Shown: positions 59,970 through 64,000 of the stretch, in pieces | How the letters are laid out: each line of letters starts with the position of its first letter | Numbering within the stretch: the first letter of the stretch is position 1 | NCBI GenBank assembly: GCA_040954595.2 | Contig: CM082590.2 | Location: 4,836,001-4,900,000, forward strand | Source: Balanoglossus misakiensis | Taxonomy: Eukaryota > Animalia > Hemichordata | Length of the DNA: 64,000 nt | Direction of reading: 5' to 3' | The notes under the pieces: model-generated | Told to the model about the DNA's origin: nothing | The model's database searches: none | The model's input: the letters and a program-made list of their open reading frames with translations, nothing else | Position numbers and translations under genes: made by a program

Positions 59970-61750
59970 CTCACTTAGAGTGGGCCGATCTTTAAGGTGT
60001 AACGTGTTTTGAAATCGTCAATTACTGCTCTAAAACATATTAAAGACCCGAGTTGGTCTCTTTAAGAATAAATTAATTGGTTTGCTAAAAATAAAGTGAT
60101 GTTTAAGTGGTTCTTTTGTTTTTATGCATGTTAAAGAATAGGACAAATTATAATATTTGTGACCTATCCTGATTTGTACAATGAAAGTAGCTTGAGTACT
60201 GTTTTTTTCAGGATGTATAGACATTTGAATTTTCTATGCTATAGTACATTATTTTTTTTGAAATGTAGACAAGAAGTTATAAAACTGTAATTATGAAAAA
60301 TAATGTCAGTGCCCCATAGGCTTTACACTGTAGACAACAGGGTGTCATAGGTTAAAATTTTGGAAAGTAAGAAAACATGTTGTTTAAAGCTTGTTATTTT
60401 CAGAGACTGTTAAGAACATGATGGGATACTACATACATTTTTTTTAAAGTTGTTACATGTACAGCAATGCCAGTAGCTATTGAGTCAAAATAGGTAATTC
60501 ATATAACTCACAATGACATTTTTGTTATATTGCAATATATGTTTGCAAAGTTGGTTTAAACACCTAGCATCATCCAATTTAAAAAAAAACGTTTTCTGTT
60601 TTGAAAAGGGTATAAAAAACTACATAACAGATTGAAGAATCAAATTGATAGTGTTAGGAATAAGGAAACCGCATTGTTCCAAGAAAGGCGCTGTCAATCG
60701 ACAAAGTAGACAATGCTGTTTGACCCCTTTAACAGCATATATTATCACACAAAATTGACATTGTTTGTACCACTCTGGTTTCTTTATTTATTCAGCAATG
60801 AAGTTCACACTTTAACAATATTTTAAATACATATTATTCTTTATAATACATATGAAACAGTTTTAAAATCGGATGATGCTAAGTGTTTAAACCAACTTTG
60901 CAAACATATATTGCACTATAACAAAATTGTCATTGTCAGATTTATGAATTGTCTATTTTGACTCAATAGCTACTGACATTGCTGTACATGTAACAACTTT
61001 AAAAAAATGTATGGAGTATCCCATCATGTTCTTAACACACTCTGAAAATAACAAGCTTTACACAACATGTTTTCTTACTTTCCAAAATTCTAACCTATGA
61101 CACCCTGTTGTCTACAGTGTAAAGCCTATCGGGCACTGACATTATTTTTTCATAATTACAGTTTTATAACTTCTTGTCTACATTGTCTCATTTAGAGTGG
61201 GCCGATCTTTAAAGTGTAACCTGTTTTGAAATCGTCAACTACTGCTCTAAAACATATTGCAGACCTGATGTGGTATCCTTAAGAATAAATTAATATTTGT
61301 GCCAACAAAAAAGTGATGTTTAAGTGATTCTTTTGTTTTTATGCATGTTAAAGAATAGAACAAATGATAAAACTTAAGACCCAACCCTAAGATGTACAAT
61401 AAAGGAGATTTAGTACTGATTTTTTCAGGAAGAATAGACATATAAATTCTCTATTCTGGAGTACATTAATATTTAATCAATGCCGACAAAATTTATAAAA
61501 ATATAATTATGAAACAAAATGTTTGTGCCCCATAGGCTTAACACTGTAGAAAACCAGGTGTCATAGGTAAAAATTTAGGAAAGTCAGAAAACATGTTGTT
61601 TAAAGCTTGTTATTTTCAGAGACTGTTAAGAACATGATGGGATACTACATATATTTTTTTAAAGTTGTTACCTGTACAGTAATGCCAGTAGCTATTGATA
61701 CAAACTAGGTAATTAATAAATCTCACATGGACATTTTCGTTATATTGCCA
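59970..61750. repeat. Complex direct + inverted repeat block, probably a DNA transposon remnant
   Basis: Inverted arms of ~320 bp at 60262-60580 / 60865-61184. Direct duplication 59970-60540 vs 61187-61750. Adjacent ~200-bp tandem duplication at 59530-59880. Confidence 0.8.
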
Positions 61751-62143
61751 CTTCATTTTTGGCACACCAGTTAATTTATTCTTGAAGATTTCACATCGGG
61801 TCTTCAATGTGTTTTAGAGTAATGATTGGCGATCTCCAAACAGGGTACACTTTTAAGATTGACCTAATCCAAGTGTGTAAAATCTGATTTAATAACATGC
61901 ATCCACTGTTCATGTAATACATGGGCAAGTTTAAATTAGGGACCAGTGTTTATCACTTACCCTTAGCTTCATTTCTCTTCATGATTGCATTGGTTCATTT
62001 CCTGTAGATTATTGTGCATGTTACAGAAGATTGACTTCAAAAGTACTGCATTTTAAAGTCGCCAGTACTTAGGAAGTACACCTATTGGGCAGCACTTTAA
62101 ACCACTGCATCTTCTTCAAAACATGTATGTATTTATTGAGTGA

Positions 62144-63302
62144 TTGGCTAATCAAGCTAACAAAGCGTTGACCCTGCTGTCAGTTGCCAGGTGGAAACTA
62201 GGGTATTTGCAATTTGAATGTCACTTCAAGGTGTTTGATGCCATGATTTTACCCATTCTCTGTTATGGATCGGAGATTTGGGGTTTTCAGTTTTATGACA
62301 TTATAGAAAAAGTGCAAAGAATTTTTCTAGGTGTGCCAAGGAGCACTACCAATGAAGCTGTAATTGGAGAATGTGGGCGGTTGCCAGTGTATGTTCACAC
62401 AATGAAACGTTGTATTCGTTACTGGGTGAAACTTTTTGAGATGCCACAGGAAAGACTCCCTATCCAAGCATATTTAATGCTATGTAATCTTGACCGTTTA
62501 GGCCGTCACACTTGGGCAACATCGGTGAAACACATTTTATTTTTGTATGGGTTCGGGCACGCCTGGATTTCCCAGGAAATAGCCAATAAGCGTTTGTTCC
62601 ATTCAGCATTTGAGACAAGAATTTCAGATATTTTGAAGCAACAATGGAAGTCCCACTGTTCGTCCAAAACCAAACTCCGTACATACACACTTTTTAAATC
62701 ATTGTTACAGCCTGAAAAGTATCTCAATGTCAACTGTACACGAAATGTCAAACAAATTCTTGCATGTTTTCGCTGTTCTGCCCTTCCTCTTGCAATAGAG
62801 GAGGGAAGACATCAGAACGTGGACGTTTCAGAGAGACACTGTAGGCTATGCTCTGGTGAACAAATAGAAGACGAGTATCACTTTTTAACTTGTTTGCCCC
62901 TTATATGATAATCTTAGAAAACAATATATTGGTGACATTAAGAATCCTCACTTCCAAATGTTTGTAAATTTCATGAGTGCATCAGAATCCTCCAAGACTC
63001 TTTCGCTATGTAATTATGTTTACAATGCTTTTAAACTTAGAGAAACTGTGTGGGAAAAACCATGAATCCATACAATAAGCTGTTAAGTTCCTCACTTTGT
63101 ATCCTGAGTATGTAATTCCACACATTTGCTTTTTGATGTTGTCACTTGTACTATTTGAGTACATGTATTATTTAATTCTTTTTTGTACAATCTTCTGATT
63201 ACCTTTATACCCCCTTGCTTATGGGCTGGAGGCCTTGGAAAGCAATAAACGTGCACTGTTGTGCACCTGAACTGAACAACAACAACAACAACAACAACAA
63301 CC
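62144..63302 (+). mobile_element. 5'-truncated LINE: C-terminal part of ORF2 (post-RT region + CCHC zinc knuckle), 3' UTR and (AAC)n tail
   Basis: FDAMILPILCYGSEIWG, VIGECGR, KLRTYTLFK, RHCRLC..EDEYHFLTC. The 3' end reads atgggctggaggcc..aataaa and ends in (aac)n. Confidence 0.85.
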
Positions 63303-63551
63303 AGACAAACAAACAATCAATCAACAACAAAAACATAATTATTCACCCCAGGAAAATCAGTTTAGAGCCAAAAGTACTATTTCTTCTCTATAATCAGAAA
63401 AGTTGTTTGTACTTAGTTGAGTCATCAGCCTTTATATTCTGTTTTAGAAAACCGGAACATACGAGCATGTTTCCCCATTCTGGGCGTTTTTGGCCTTTAA
63501 TTTTTCATCATTGCTGGTGCTGGACATACACTGAATAAATTCAGACGTTAC

Positions 63552-63962
63552 CTGCATCTGCAGTGCAGTTCTTCGTCCCTGCCTGAGCAGCAGTGGTACC
63601 AAAATCAGCACAGGCCACGTTGTTGGTGACGTCATCACCCGTCACTGTGATTGAACCACAGACTTTGGTGTAGTCATCGCAGTTAGTCACGTCGAGGGTA
63701 AGTGACGCAACCAGATCGGCGTAGCTTCCGGACACCGTTACTGCTGTCCCGCCAGGTGCATTGCTCCCAGTCGCGGTCACTTCGGTTGATTTCGTGGAGC
63801 CATCGCCATTGCTGAAATACACTTTGACGTCACTAGGCGACCCGCCATTTCCAGTTACTGTATATGCCAATGTGAAAGTGGTGGAGACGGATTCTCCAAC
63901 GCGGAATATCCCACTTGCAGGAGCAGGCGATGTTACCGTCAATGTCGAAGCAGCAATATCAT
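63552..63962 (-). CDS. Internal exon (411 nt, phase 1-1) of a second gene: Thr/Gly/Ser-rich, 4-Cys extracellular beta-sandwich-like module
   Basis: Acceptor tcttcctttttag| and donor gcag|gtaacg; open frame of 137 codons; coding-like GC content; motif C...C.SITV...D...NN.AC....C. Confidence 0.8.
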
Positions 63963-64000
63963 CTAAAAAGGAAGACATGGTGTTGCTCAGTTACTTTGCA

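Overview
AT-rich, repeat-rich eukaryotic (animal) genomic DNA. The repeat families suggest a marine invertebrate, possibly a hemichordate/echinoderm-type deuterostome (inference only). Most short ORFs in the track are noise. The main gene is on the minus strand and can be spliced by hand. A short ATG exon (43369-43398) is followed by five 99-nt phase-0 exons, each encoding exactly one ankyrin repeat (41318-41416, 37894-37992, 36455-36553, 32930-33028, 30103-30201). A possible degenerate 75-nt exon (26475-26549) and one 3.2-kb terminal exon (21823-25032) follow; the terminal exon encodes LRRs, a ROC GTPase, COR and an extra C-terminal domain. The product is a kinase-less ANK-LRR-ROC-COR (Roco) protein of about 1244-1269 aa. 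Two ankyrin exons are a recent duplicate pair that differ at 10 of 33 residues, and three of the exons lie between a candidate pair of transposon termini. Other content: an intact two-ORF LINE (about 6750-11110, minus); a Russian-doll nest of Helentron-type (HINE/DINE-1-like) elements whose terminal hairpins are stacked in last-in-first-out order (14092-19556); several MITEs and foldbacks; a ~4.5-kb non-coding tandem duplication (47623-56367); a 5'-truncated LINE (62144-63300); and a phase 1-1 extracellular-domain exon of a second gene at the right edge.
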